Below, in pieces: positions 37,334-45,769 of a stretch of 64,000 bases of DNA. Under the pieces are notes generated by a model. That model was not told where the DNA came from and did not search any database. It saw only the letters and a list, made by a program, of their open reading frames with translations. The DNA is from a virus, in IMG/VR virus record IMGVR_UViG_3300027791_000007, positions 64,001-128,000 of that record. One strand, given 5' to 3'. Position numbers and translations under genes: made by a program. Every line of letters starts with the position of its first letter. The stretch's first letter is position 1.

Positions 37334-39613
37334 TTAGGCAATCATTCCCACAAACTTGTTTAATACTGGGCGATTCGCCATCTTATTATTCGCAGATTTC
37401 ATGAAGGCCTTTTTCAATTCACCAACTTTAGCGTTTGGTGATACTTCAAACTCCTCTGATTCTTTCATTGCACCAGCACCAGGCAAGATATAAAATTCAT
37501 CATAACCTTCCTCTTTACAAACTACTACGTTTTCTTTCTTTAGTTTTCTGTAAATATCCTTTATAGCATTATAGTCTGTATAACTATGTAGATCGAATTT
37601 ATCAGAAATAATATTCTTATGAACCATACCTCTTTTTCCAGAACCAGCAATAAAGAAACCTACAATATTCATATTAGGCACTCTTTTCTTTAATAACTTG
37701 AACATGGCAACAGTTTGTTCATTCCTATATCCATTAGACTTACCAATTACAATTTTTGCATTTGTAACTGGGTCAGTGATATGAGTAGTACTTCTACTCC
37801 AACCTTGCACTGGTCTAGTAGTTTCAATATCATTACCATCTCTATTAGTTATGATTGTGAAAGCATCATCCATTCTGTGACTATATCCATCAGTAAGAAA
37901 AACGGTGTGTATTTTTTCAACACCATGTTTTTTCTGAAAGTCTGGAACAATTTTCATTGCAGCGACAATAGCGTGATTAAGTGGTGTACCACCTAACTGA
38001 AACTTGTATGGTGGTGAAATAGGATAACCCTCTTGACTCCAATTCCTATAACCCTTCCAAGCCTCGGCCATCATAAACATATAATGCATCATCTCAAACT
38101 GTTCTTTTTTCTTCATTGAAGAACTCAAAAAGTTAAACAATTTCAAATCTTCAATTGATAAATCACCAGACTTAAATTCTTGTTTAAATTGTCCTTCTCT
38201 TTTATTTCTAGAACACCTATCTGAAAAAGCATAAACGTCAAAAGGAATTTTAGTTCTCATACAAAATTCAGTAAGATTAAACAACTGTTTCATAGTACCA
38301 CTCATATTTTCTTGCATTGATCCAGACCAATCCAAAAAGAAAACTAAACCGTGATTTGTCGCACCAGGCACTGTAGTGACTTTAGCGAATAAATCCTCAT
38401 TGAATTTGTAAGTGTGTAACTTACCCATATCAAGAGTTCCAGTTTTTGAAGTAGTAGCACGATTATACTGACTTGCAGCTTTTTTCATCTCAAATTCTTT
38501 AGTAATATAAGAAACTGTCTTTTTAGAACTTGTAAGAAAATCTTTCAACTCATCTTGAGTATAAGAGAAAAACCTATCTTGATGATCATTTTTATATTCT
38601 TCTCTCAATTCTAGTAGAAGATCAGTTGGTGTTTCAATCAAATCTTTAATATTGTTTAGTTTTGGTATCCAAGCATATGTTCTATCTGTTGCAGTACCAT
38701 CTATAAATTTCTTAGATGCACTCTGATAAGCACTATCTGTAGAAGCAACAAATGGTTTATCATCAGACTTACCACCTTCTCGACCATTAGATACGACTTC
38801 TTTTTTATCGTCCTTTTTGTCCTCTGATTCATTGTCTGCACCAGAACTACCATTTGGAGTTTGTTCCTCTTGGTCGTCCTTCTGGTCGTCTCCAGCCTCA
38901 CTCTGGTCATCAGATTCACCGTTTTCTTGGTTATCTTCTTTACCTTCACCAGCGTCTGATTTCTGTGGAGTCTGTTCACCAGACTCATTACCGTCACTAG
39001 GCATCTGACTCATCTTACCGTCAGCACCAGCACCATCTTGGTCTGGATCACCTTGGGATTCTTCGTTTTGTTCAATATATTCATATAACTCTTGAGCAAG
39101 TTTTAATACTTGTTTAGGAGTCTTAGTTTCATTTGCTTTTTGAACCCACTCCATCTCTGCATCAGAAAATGGAACATCAGACACATGTTTAAAATGAAGA
39201 TTAATTCTATCAATCAAGTTCATTGATTTTAGATGTTTACCTTGGAGTTTGAAAAAATCCATTTGTAATAATTCAGTATATCCTAGATTGAAACACCTAA
39301 CACCGCCTGGGTATCTAGATTGTATCATCTTTTCAATTCTAACATCTTCTAGGACATTGACAAAAGAAAAATCAATATTTTTCTTTCTAGCGGTTTCCAA
39401 CATATCTAATGGAGTCCAAAATGCATGACCTACCTCATGAAGTGTAAATAAGTCTTGAACACTTTCACTCATATCTTTCCAGATAGGTAAAACCAATTCA
39501 CGATTTTTAACGTCAAAAGCAGCAGTTTCTACTTTTTTATGAACTACATGGATATCTTCTTCTGCAAGTAACTTCGCAAGTCTCGATTTATCTTTCATAG
39601 TTTTTCCTCTCAA
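37334..39613 (-). CDS. CobT-like protein: HExxH metallopeptidase-like N-domain, acidic linker, VWA domain
   Basis: LHEVGHA...NVLEDVRIE; D/E/Q-rich linker; LDWSGSM (MIDAS), GGTPL, LTDG. Confidence 0.9.
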   Translation of the reverse strand: MRGKTMKDKSRLAKLLAEEDIHVVHKKVETAAFDVKNRELVLPIWKDMSESVQDLFTLHEVGHAFWTPLDMLETARKKNIDFSFVNVLEDVRIEKMIQSRYPGGVRCFNLGYTELLQMDFFKLQGKHLKSMNLIDRINLHFKHVSDVPFSDAEMEWVQKANETKTPKQVLKLAQELYEYIEQNEESQGDPDQDGAGADGKMSQMPSDGNESGEQTPQKSDAGEGKEDNQENGESDDQSEAGDDQKDDQEEQTPNGSSGADNESEDKKDDKKEVVSNGREGGKSDDKPFVASTDSAYQSASKKFIDGTATDRTYAWIPKLNNIKDLIETPTDLLLELREEYKNDHQDRFFSYTQDELKDFLTSSKKTVSYITKEFEMKKAASQYNRATTSKTGTLDMGKLHTYKFNEDLFAKVTTVPGATNHGLVFFLDWSGSMQENMSGTMKQLFNLTEFCMRTKIPFDVYAFSDRCSRNKREGQFKQEFKSGDLSIEDLKLFNFLSSSMKKKEQFEMMHYMFMMAEAWKGYRNWSQEGYPISPPYKFQLGGTPLNHAIVAAMKIVPDFQKKHGVEKIHTVFLTDGYSHRMDDAFTIITNRDGNDIETTRPVQGWSRSTTHITDPVTNAKIVIGKSNGYRNEQTVAMFKLLKKRVPNMNIVGFFIAGSGKRGMVHKNIISDKFDLHSYTDYNAIKDIYRKLKKENVVVCKEEGYDEFYILPGAGAMKESEEFEVSPNAKVGELKKAFMKSANNKMANRPVLNKFVGMIA

Positions 39614-39629
39614 TCATCATCATATATAT

Positions 39630-39658
39630 AAGCTGACACACTTTTGAGGCAAAGTCAA
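39630..39658 (-). promoter_or_regulatory. Possible sigma70-type promoter (AAAAGACTTGACT, weak -10)
   Basis: Same UP/-35 context as the other promoters; -10 degenerate. Confidence 0.4.
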
Positions 39659-39714
39659 GTCTTTTTTTCACTTTTTTTCAATTTAAATTTCGCTGTAAAA
39701 TCAGTGGCTTACTA

Positions 39715-40581
39715 TCACGCCCACTGTTTATTCCATGCCTTATATAGGTATTCTGCCAGATATTTGTGGCCTGATTCGTTTGGATGCGAATCATCTACTC
39801 CCATTCTATACTTTTCATGGTGAATTATTGATGATGCTGTATTTCCACCAATATCTCCAAATATAGGCCAACCAACAAATGTTTCATTATTTATAGAAAG
39901 CATATAATCTGTAGTCATTAAATGATCTATTACTTTTCTTCTTTCTACATTATAATCTTGTTCATCAAACCAAGTAAAAAATGGATTAGTTCCCATAATC
40001 TGTAAATATGGTATTTTCTCATTTTCACAAATACTTTGAATTGCATACCAATATCGTAGACTTTGATTCCACGATGTTTCAATTTGCCATATACCTAACT
40101 TTAATGTATTATCTGCAAGGTGGTCAAAATCTGTTGGTGATCTTTGTAATTGTCTTTGAACTATGCCTGTTATGCCTGTTTCAAAAAATGTTCTATAATG
40201 CTGTTCTAGTGGCATATGTGTTTGTCTTTTATTACCAAGAGATCGTCTAGGACTCCAATGGAAAAAAGCGCTGTCCGTTATTGAATTATAACCTTTTAAA
40301 GCTTTATTATTATGAACTTCAAAATCAATTCTATCTGGTTCACTCCACATACAAACCACACCACCAATATTATCAGCATAATTTGTGACATCCACAGCTT
40401 TATTGAATATCTGTTGATTACCAGATCCAGATTGACCAAGATTTATTAAATCCATATCTAAATATTTAGCAAGATGTTCAGGCCATTTGGGCCAATTAGT
40501 ATCCATATCTGGATAAACAGAACTGTTAAAATTATCATCTGTCCAGCTATCACCAATACAGACTAAAACTTTTTTCGCCAT
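39715..40581 (-). CDS. SGNH/GDSL-like hydrolase-fold protein
   Basis: GDSWT, NLGQSGSGN, C-terminal DSHPNESGH. Confidence 0.75.
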   Translation of the reverse strand: MAKKVLVCIGDSWTDDNFNSSVYPDMDTNWPKWPEHLAKYLDMDLINLGQSGSGNQQIFNKAVDVTNYADNIGGVVCMWSEPDRIDFEVHNNKALKGYNSITDSAFFHWSPRRSLGNKRQTHMPLEQHYRTFFETGITGIVQRQLQRSPTDFDHLADNTLKLGIWQIETSWNQSLRYWYAIQSICENEKIPYLQIMGTNPFFTWFDEQDYNVERRKVIDHLMTTDYMLSINNETFVGWPIFGDIGGNTASSIIHHEKYRMGVDDSHPNESGHKYLAEYLYKAWNKQWA

Positions 40582-41114
40582 TATTTTCTTCCCACAAATT
40601 GAATTAGTTGTGAATCACCCTTACTAAACAAATACCAACAACAATTATCTTTGCCTGTGGAATTACTGTCTGGTATCCATTGCACTCTACCAATACTTAC
40701 TATCTTTTTTAAAAGTGGTAGATATTGAACACTCTGTTTAGTATGTATCCAATCAGCATCAAACAATAACCATGTAGGTCTAAATGCAGTAAAGTATTCA
40801 ATCATAGGATGTAATAGTTTTCTATCCCAAGGCGGATTTGTAATGATATAATCAGCTTCTAAAAACTCATGTTCACCTAAATCTCTAAAGTGTTTATTAA
40901 TAATACTTTTTTTCTGTGGTTCAATATCTGATGCCCATGAACACCAACCACCTTCCATCAAAGTTTCAATATGATTTACCAATGCACCATCACCAGCACA
41001 AGGTTCAGCAAATGCAAACTCCTCTGGTAAATGTGGAACAAGAGGTTCTACTGCTTGCCAAGGTGTAGGATAAAAATCCCTCTCGACTCTTTCAAAATCA
41101 CTCCTCTTACCCAT
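40581..41114 (-). CDS. SAM-dependent amino (N6-adenine/N4-cytosine) DNA methyltransferase
   Basis: DFYPTP (motif X), EPCAGDG (motif I), IITNPPW (motif IV). Confidence 0.85.
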   Translation of the reverse strand: MGKRSDFERVERDFYPTPWQAVEPLVPHLPEEFAFAEPCAGDGALVNHIETLMEGGWCSWASDIEPQKKSIINKHFRDLGEHEFLEADYIITNPPWDRKLLHPMIEYFTAFRPTWLLFDADWIHTKQSVQYLPLLKKIVSIGRVQWIPDSNSTGKDNCCWYLFSKGDSQLIQFVGRK

Positions 41115-42820
41115 TAAGTAGCAACATGACTAAAGTTTCTTATCTTTTCAAATCTTATTGAGTTTCTAAATTTGTCTGTTAATTGGTCACCCTTATGTGA
41201 TATAACAAATATGTTTTCATTTTCTAAAGTTCCCAGTATTTTTAAGAACTCTTCTGTTCCAGTTCCATCTAGTGAACTATCAAATATTTCATCAAGTATT
41301 AATAGATTAGTATTCGTAGAGTTTTTCATTTTTGCAATTGCACGCCAAGTAAATAGTAATGCGAGGTCTATTCGCATTTTCTCACCCTCACTAAATGAAG
41401 CATAATTAAAATCATCACGGAATCTAGACTTAATAGTTTCATTAAAGTTTTCATCTAAATTAAAGTTTACATAAAATTCCATAGATTGTAAGTAAGCATT
41501 AATTAGTTTATTCATGATAGGAAGATACTGTTTAATAATCTTAGTCTTGATTCCAGTATCTTGTAACATTGCTTTTGCAGCTTCATTATATTGTTGTTCA
41601 TCTTTTAAAGATGATTGTTGTTTATCTAACTCATCTAATTTAGTCTGTAAATTATCTAGATTAGATTCATCTGCTGACTTTTCTTTGTTGTCCAGTTGTG
41701 TTAGTTCAGTTTCCAGTTTAATATTAAACTTCTCCAATTCAGATTTAGAATATCCTATTGATGAAATCTCCACATCCAACTCTCTAATTTTATTAGAGTT
41801 AGACTCTATTTCTGATTGTCTCTTTTGTGTATTCTCCATCTCTACTTTAAGCTGTTTCATACCATCTTCTAATTCTTCAAGTTGTCCTTGTTTATTAAAC
41901 AGTACTTCGTCCTTAAACGATTGACTAATTTCTTGGTCACATGTTGGACAACTTTCATTATCTTTGAAAAATTGAGCAGAGTTACTATGACTTTTGTGTT
42001 TTTCTACTAATGTAGCCCGAATACCCAACATCTTTTGCAATTTTTGTTCTATCTTACTTGCATCTGAAATCTTTACTAGATATTCTTCTTTTGTAGATTT
42101 TAAACTATTAATTTGACTTTCTCTTCTAACTATCTCTTTTTCGTTTTGTTCTATCTGTCTCTTCTTATCAGTTCGTATCTTTGCTTTCTCGCTTTTACTT
42201 TCATTGATATACTTACTAGATAAATCAAATTCTGTTTGTGTAACCTCAAACTTATGTGAAACTTCTCTAGTTTCATCTACAATATTCTTTATGTGTGTTT
42301 TTACAATCATATTCATCATTGAAAAGATTTTTATATCTAATATCTCTTCAACAACTTCTCTTCTTTTCATTGCTTTAAGTTGCATAAACGGAGCCCATGA
42401 TGCACTTCCAAGAATAACTACTTGTGTAAATGAACCATAGTTTAGTTTTAGAATTTGTTGTTCTAGTATCTTTTGATAATCTCTAGCATGCGCTTCTTGA
42501 TTCACCATTACATCATCACAATAGATTTCAAACTTATTTGGTTTGATACTTCTAAATATTTTGTAGTTTTTTGTTCCGATTTGAAATGTAACTTCTACTT
42601 CTGTACCACTACCATTAATAGAATTAATCAATTGATTTTTACTAATCACTCTAAATGGTTTACCAAACAAACCAAAACATAGTGCATCCAGTATTGTAGA
42701 CTTACCAGCACCGTTATCTCCAACAATAAGTGTTTGTGGGTTTCTGTCTAAATCAATACTTGTACTAGTATTGCCAGTTGATAAAAAATTCTTCCACTTC
42801 ACATTCTTAAATATAATCAA
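41114..42820 (-). CDS. gp46: Recombination endonuclease ATPase subunit gp46 (SbcC/Rad50-like)
   Basis: GDNGAGKST, CPTC hook, FSEGEK, LILDEIFD, ISH. Confidence 0.97.
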   Translation of the reverse strand: MIIFKNVKWKNFLSTGNTSTSIDLDRNPQTLIVGDNGAGKSTILDALCFGLFGKPFRVISKNQLINSINGSGTEVEVTFQIGTKNYKIFRSIKPNKFEIYCDDVMVNQEAHARDYQKILEQQILKLNYGSFTQVVILGSASWAPFMQLKAMKRREVVEEILDIKIFSMMNMIVKTHIKNIVDETREVSHKFEVTQTEFDLSSKYINESKSEKAKIRTDKKRQIEQNEKEIVRRESQINSLKSTKEEYLVKISDASKIEQKLQKMLGIRATLVEKHKSHSNSAQFFKDNESCPTCDQEISQSFKDEVLFNKQGQLEELEDGMKQLKVEMENTQKRQSEIESNSNKIRELDVEISSIGYSKSELEKFNIKLETELTQLDNKEKSADESNLDNLQTKLDELDKQQSSLKDEQQYNEAAKAMLQDTGIKTKIIKQYLPIMNKLINAYLQSMEFYVNFNLDENFNETIKSRFRDDFNYASFSEGEKMRIDLALLFTWRAIAKMKNSTNTNLLILDEIFDSSLDGTGTEEFLKILGTLENENIFVISHKGDQLTDKFRNSIRFEKIRNFSHVAT

Positions 42821-43149
42821 ACTGGTATCCCCCTAATCTCTGTTGCAGATATACTTTCAATTTCTTCATCAAGTTTTTCTTGTTCAATCTTATAACCAAC
42901 ATCTCTGCCATATGTAATATTAACAATATTAGGAACATTCATAATAATATAGTCAACATCATATAAGAAACCAGCATTAGATAGTTTGATTTTTACATCC
43001 ACACTGTCATGATACCCTTCACCAGTATCACGAACCATTATTGCAACTTGGCCAGTCTTTGAATGAGCTCTTTTGAAAAGCTCTGTGTGTCCATCGTGCC
43101 AAGGCTGAAACCTTCCAAGCATTTGTACAGTTGGTTTTCGGCTATCCAT
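42817..43149 (-). CDS. Small HIGH-motif nucleotidyltransferase
   Basis: GRFQPWHDGH, ITYGRDVGY, ISATEIR; own SD (AAGGA). Confidence 0.85.
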   Translation of the reverse strand: MDSRKPTVQMLGRFQPWHDGHTELFKRAHSKTGQVAIMVRDTGEGYHDSVDVKIKLSNAGFLYDVDYIIMNVPNIVNITYGRDVGYKIEQEKLDEEIESISATEIRGIPV

Positions 43150-43496
43150 TTTGTTATCCTTATGTCTGCTATTTTAATAGGTGGTTTGAACAGAGCATCA
43201 GTATCTTTATACGGTGATGCTTGTACGGTATCCATCCAGATCAATATATCTGGTCTAAAGTTATTTCTTAATGCTGGTAGTGGACAAATAAATGCACTAA
43301 TACTTACTGGGTCTAACTCTGCAAGTGTTCTCATCCTATTAGCTTGAATGGCTCTTCCTTGAATAGAAAAATCCCAATCATTGTATATTTTTCTTACTAC
43401 ATCAGCATCCCAAGTAGGAACAGATAACTCTTTTCCCAATCTATTTGCTAACCAAGTTTTTCCACTATTGGGTAAACCCATAATCAAAATTTTCAT
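43038..43496 (-). CDS. Adenylylsulfate kinase (CysC)-like P-loop kinase
   Basis: GLPNSGKT, DADVVR...DWDFS..GR..QA.RM, FICP. Confidence 0.8.
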   Translation of the reverse strand: MKILIMGLPNSGKTWLANRLGKELSVPTWDADVVRKIYNDWDFSIQGRAIQANRMRTLAELDPVSISAFICPLPALRNNFRPDILIWMDTVQASPYKDTDALFKPPIKIADIRITKWIAENQLYKCLEGFSLGTMDTQSFSKELIQRLAKLQ

Positions 43497-43506
43497 AATA
43501 TTTTTC

Positions 43507-44568
43507 TCATATTTCTAAGTCTTGTGCTTCTGTGTATAGTTGTTTCATAATGTATTTTAGTTTCTTTTTATTTAAGTCAATTGATAAGTCATCTACATAC
43601 CTATCCAAAATTGTAAGTGTGTCTTGTGTTCCTTCTACAATTTCATCTGATACATTGTTAGCATTTAATTCTGAAAAATCTTCTACAATTTTTACTTCGT
43701 GAGCATCTGCTTTTAAAAGTTTCTCCGTAAACTTATCAAATGTATACAAGTCTTTCTTATTTACAACAATCAATTTTACATACTTACTTGCATATTGTGT
43801 GAAATCGTGATTATCATAATCCTTCATAGAATCATCATAGTAAATCTTTTGGAATATCTGAAAAGGGTTCTCTATTCTAGTTAGTTCTCTAGTTTCAGTA
43901 TCAAAAATATGAAATCCTTTCGGACACCCATAGTCACTCCATGTCATCTGATATGGTGTTCCCAAATAAAATACTTGTCCATCATCTGATTTCTTGTGAA
44001 AGTGACCAGAAAATACAGTATCAAATTTCTTAAACTCTTTCTTTTCCCATCCAGTTTCCGATACATGTCCAGCATGCATTTCAAAACCTTTAAGTTCTAG
44101 ATGAGACATACAAACTGTTGCTGGTGTTTTATCAATCATACCAAAAGAATATATTTCATTTTGTGGATTAATCCAAGGCAACATGAGAATAGGCATACCA
44201 TCAAAGTCCACTGTTTCTGCTTCTGAATACATTTTAATATTTTTATAATGTGTGCCTATAAGTTCTTGTAAAGAATTTACTTCGTTTGTATTTTTGAAAT
44301 AAATATCATGATTACCAACCAACATATGTAAGTTGACATCTAAAACATTGAATGGTAAAAGAAATCTCTCTCTAAAGTTCTTTGCAGTTCTATAAGAAAT
44401 ATATTTTCTTCTATCCATTACATCGCCGAGATGGATACAATGCTTTATGTTATGTTGTTGCAGATATGGGAAAAATATTCCTTCATAAAACTTGTAGAAA
44501 TATTCATCAAAAAATATATTATCATTTCTTGCACCAAAATGAGTATCAGTTACTAAAGCGATTTTCAT
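43507..44568 (-). CDS. gp47: Recombination endonuclease nuclease subunit gp47 (Mre11/SbcD-like)
   Basis: DTHFG, LGDVMD, GNHD, SGHFH. Confidence 0.97.
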   Translation of the reverse strand: MKIALVTDTHFGARNDNIFFDEYFYKFYEGIFFPYLQQHNIKHCIHLGDVMDRRKYISYRTAKNFRERFLLPFNVLDVNLHMLVGNHDIYFKNTNEVNSLQELIGTHYKNIKMYSEAETVDFDGMPILMLPWINPQNEIYSFGMIDKTPATVCMSHLELKGFEMHAGHVSETGWEKKEFKKFDTVFSGHFHKKSDDGQVFYLGTPYQMTWSDYGCPKGFHIFDTETRELTRIENPFQIFQKIYYDDSMKDYDNHDFTQYASKYVKLIVVNKKDLYTFDKFTEKLLKADAHEVKIVEDFSELNANNVSDEIVEGTQDTLTILDRYVDDLSIDLNKKKLKYIMKQLYTEAQDLEI

Positions 44569-44729
44569 ATATTGAAGGGCCCTTCTATTTCTTTTTTACG
44601 ATATACTAATACAAATGCATCACAGTTTTTACATGAAAGATTTGTTTCCATATCATATTCATCCTCTAAATCATCCATATCATTATCTCCACCCCATATT
44701 AATTCGGTGTTACAGAAATAACACTTCAT
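44565..44729 (-). CDS. 54-aa Zn-ribbon protein MKCYFCNTELIWGGDND...NLSCKNCDAFVLVY
   Basis: Translated by hand; CxxC...CxxC; ATGA overlaps with gp55 and gp47. Confidence 0.75.
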   Translation of the reverse strand: MKCYFCNTELIWGGDNDMDDLEDEYDMETNLSCKNCDAFVLVYRKKEIEGPFNI

Positions 44730-45280
44730 ATCTGGGTTTCCTCTTCTTCATCCATAAAATTCTCTAATCCAACTCTTTTCTTATCAGATTCATCTTTTTT
44801 CTTCTTTGGTTTGTATACTGCTTCTTCTGGCACCATTACATTTGGGTCAAATCCTACAACGCTGTACTTTGAAGTATCTCCGTCAATAGTATCAAAAGGA
44901 ACGTACTCTTGTTTTGAAATTAATTGGTGTTTAACATGTGTCTGTTTTTTTTCTTTTGCAATTCGTCTAAGAAATGCATAGTAGATAATTTGTGTAAAAT
45001 ATGCAAATGGGTTGCTTGATTTTTCTGGATTGAAATTGTGTAAATATTGTAAACAATTTTCAATGCCGTCTGCAACCATTTCATCTTTATATGTGTAATT
45101 GATAAAGTTAGGACGATATGATAACCCTTGTGCTATCTTTAAAAAGCATGTTCCAATGTAATTGGATATTGCTGGTTTATCATCTGTTTCTTCCATCTCT
45201 AAACATAGTTGCTTATATTCCTTCATCGCTTGAAGAAACTTCTTATTGTCTACATAGTGTGGTTTTTGTTTTTTAATCAT
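44726..45280 (-). CDS. gp55: Late-transcription sigma factor gp55
   Basis: HYVDNKKF, RPNFINYTY..EM..DGIENC, NPFAYFTQIIYYAFLRRI.KEKKQ. Confidence 0.96.
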   Translation of the reverse strand: MIKKQKPHYVDNKKFLQAMKEYKQLCLEMEETDDKPAISNYIGTCFLKIAQGLSYRPNFINYTYKDEMVADGIENCLQYLHNFNPEKSSNPFAYFTQIIYYAFLRRIAKEKKQTHVKHQLISKQEYVPFDTIDGDTSKYSVVGFDPNVMVPEEAVYKPKKKKDESDKKRVGLENFMDEEEETQI

Positions 45281-45307
45281 CCTAATATATCCTTGTAGTT
45301 AGGTCTT

Positions 45308-45336
45308 ATACTACATCAATTTGGGGCTGTTGTCAA
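45308..45336 (-). promoter_or_regulatory. Sigma70-type promoter TTGACA-17-TAGTAT
   Basis: AAAAAAGACTTGACA context, upstream of gp55. Confidence 0.7.
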
Positions 45337-45346
45337 GTCTTTTTTG

Positions 45347-45769
45347 TTAATGGAGTGTTTTTTTTGTGACTAAATCACCATACAAATCTTGCCACTCTTC
45401 TGTAGTATCAAACTCTTCAAAAGCTTCTTCTGCTAACAAGTCTGAATCTTTAGGGGGGCCCCATTCTTCTGGTTTCATATTATCCATTTTTGCTACAACA
45501 TACTCGTAATACTTACTCAATCCAGCTGAGGCGTCTATTCGCATAGTAACCGAATCACTTGGTATGATATGTGTTTTGTCATCTGAAAATGGTTGTAACC
45601 ATCTAGACAATCCTAAAGTTTCCATGAATCCCTTTGGGGAATGTTTAGAAAATAAATCCATTTTCATTGGGTCAGAAATCTCATAATGATCGTCTGTAGT
45701 TTCGATTACTTTACATATTACATCTTCACCATTATTTAATTTAAAAATATGATATATCTCATTACTCAT
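45347..45769 (-). CDS. Conserved T4-like hypothetical (Sm-like fold likely)
   Basis: FKLNNGEDVICKV...WLQPFS; typical gene between uvsW and gene 55. Confidence 0.65.
   Translation of the reverse strand: MSNEIYHIFKLNNGEDVICKVIETTDDHYEISDPMKMDLFSKHSPKGFMETLGLSRWLQPFSDDKTHIIPSDSVTMRIDASAGLSKYYEYVVAKMDNMKPEEWGPPKDSDLLAEEAFEEFDTTEEWQDLYGDLVTKKTLH

Noticed and set aside
38760-39070. Low-complexity, GC-richer stretch within cobT as a nucleotide repeat element
   Set aside because: Explained by the acidic D/E/Q/G linker typical of CobT-like proteins
36055-39613. cobS/cobT as cobalamin-biosynthesis auxiliary genes
   Set aside because: No CobN or other cob genes are present; a MoxR AAA+ with a VWA/peptidase partner is a common T4-like chaperone-type module
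43038-43160. Programmed -1 frameshift fusing the APS kinase to the nucleotidyltransferase
   Set aside because: No canonical slippery heptamer at the junction, and the downstream ATG has its own AAGGA SD; a simple overlap is sufficient
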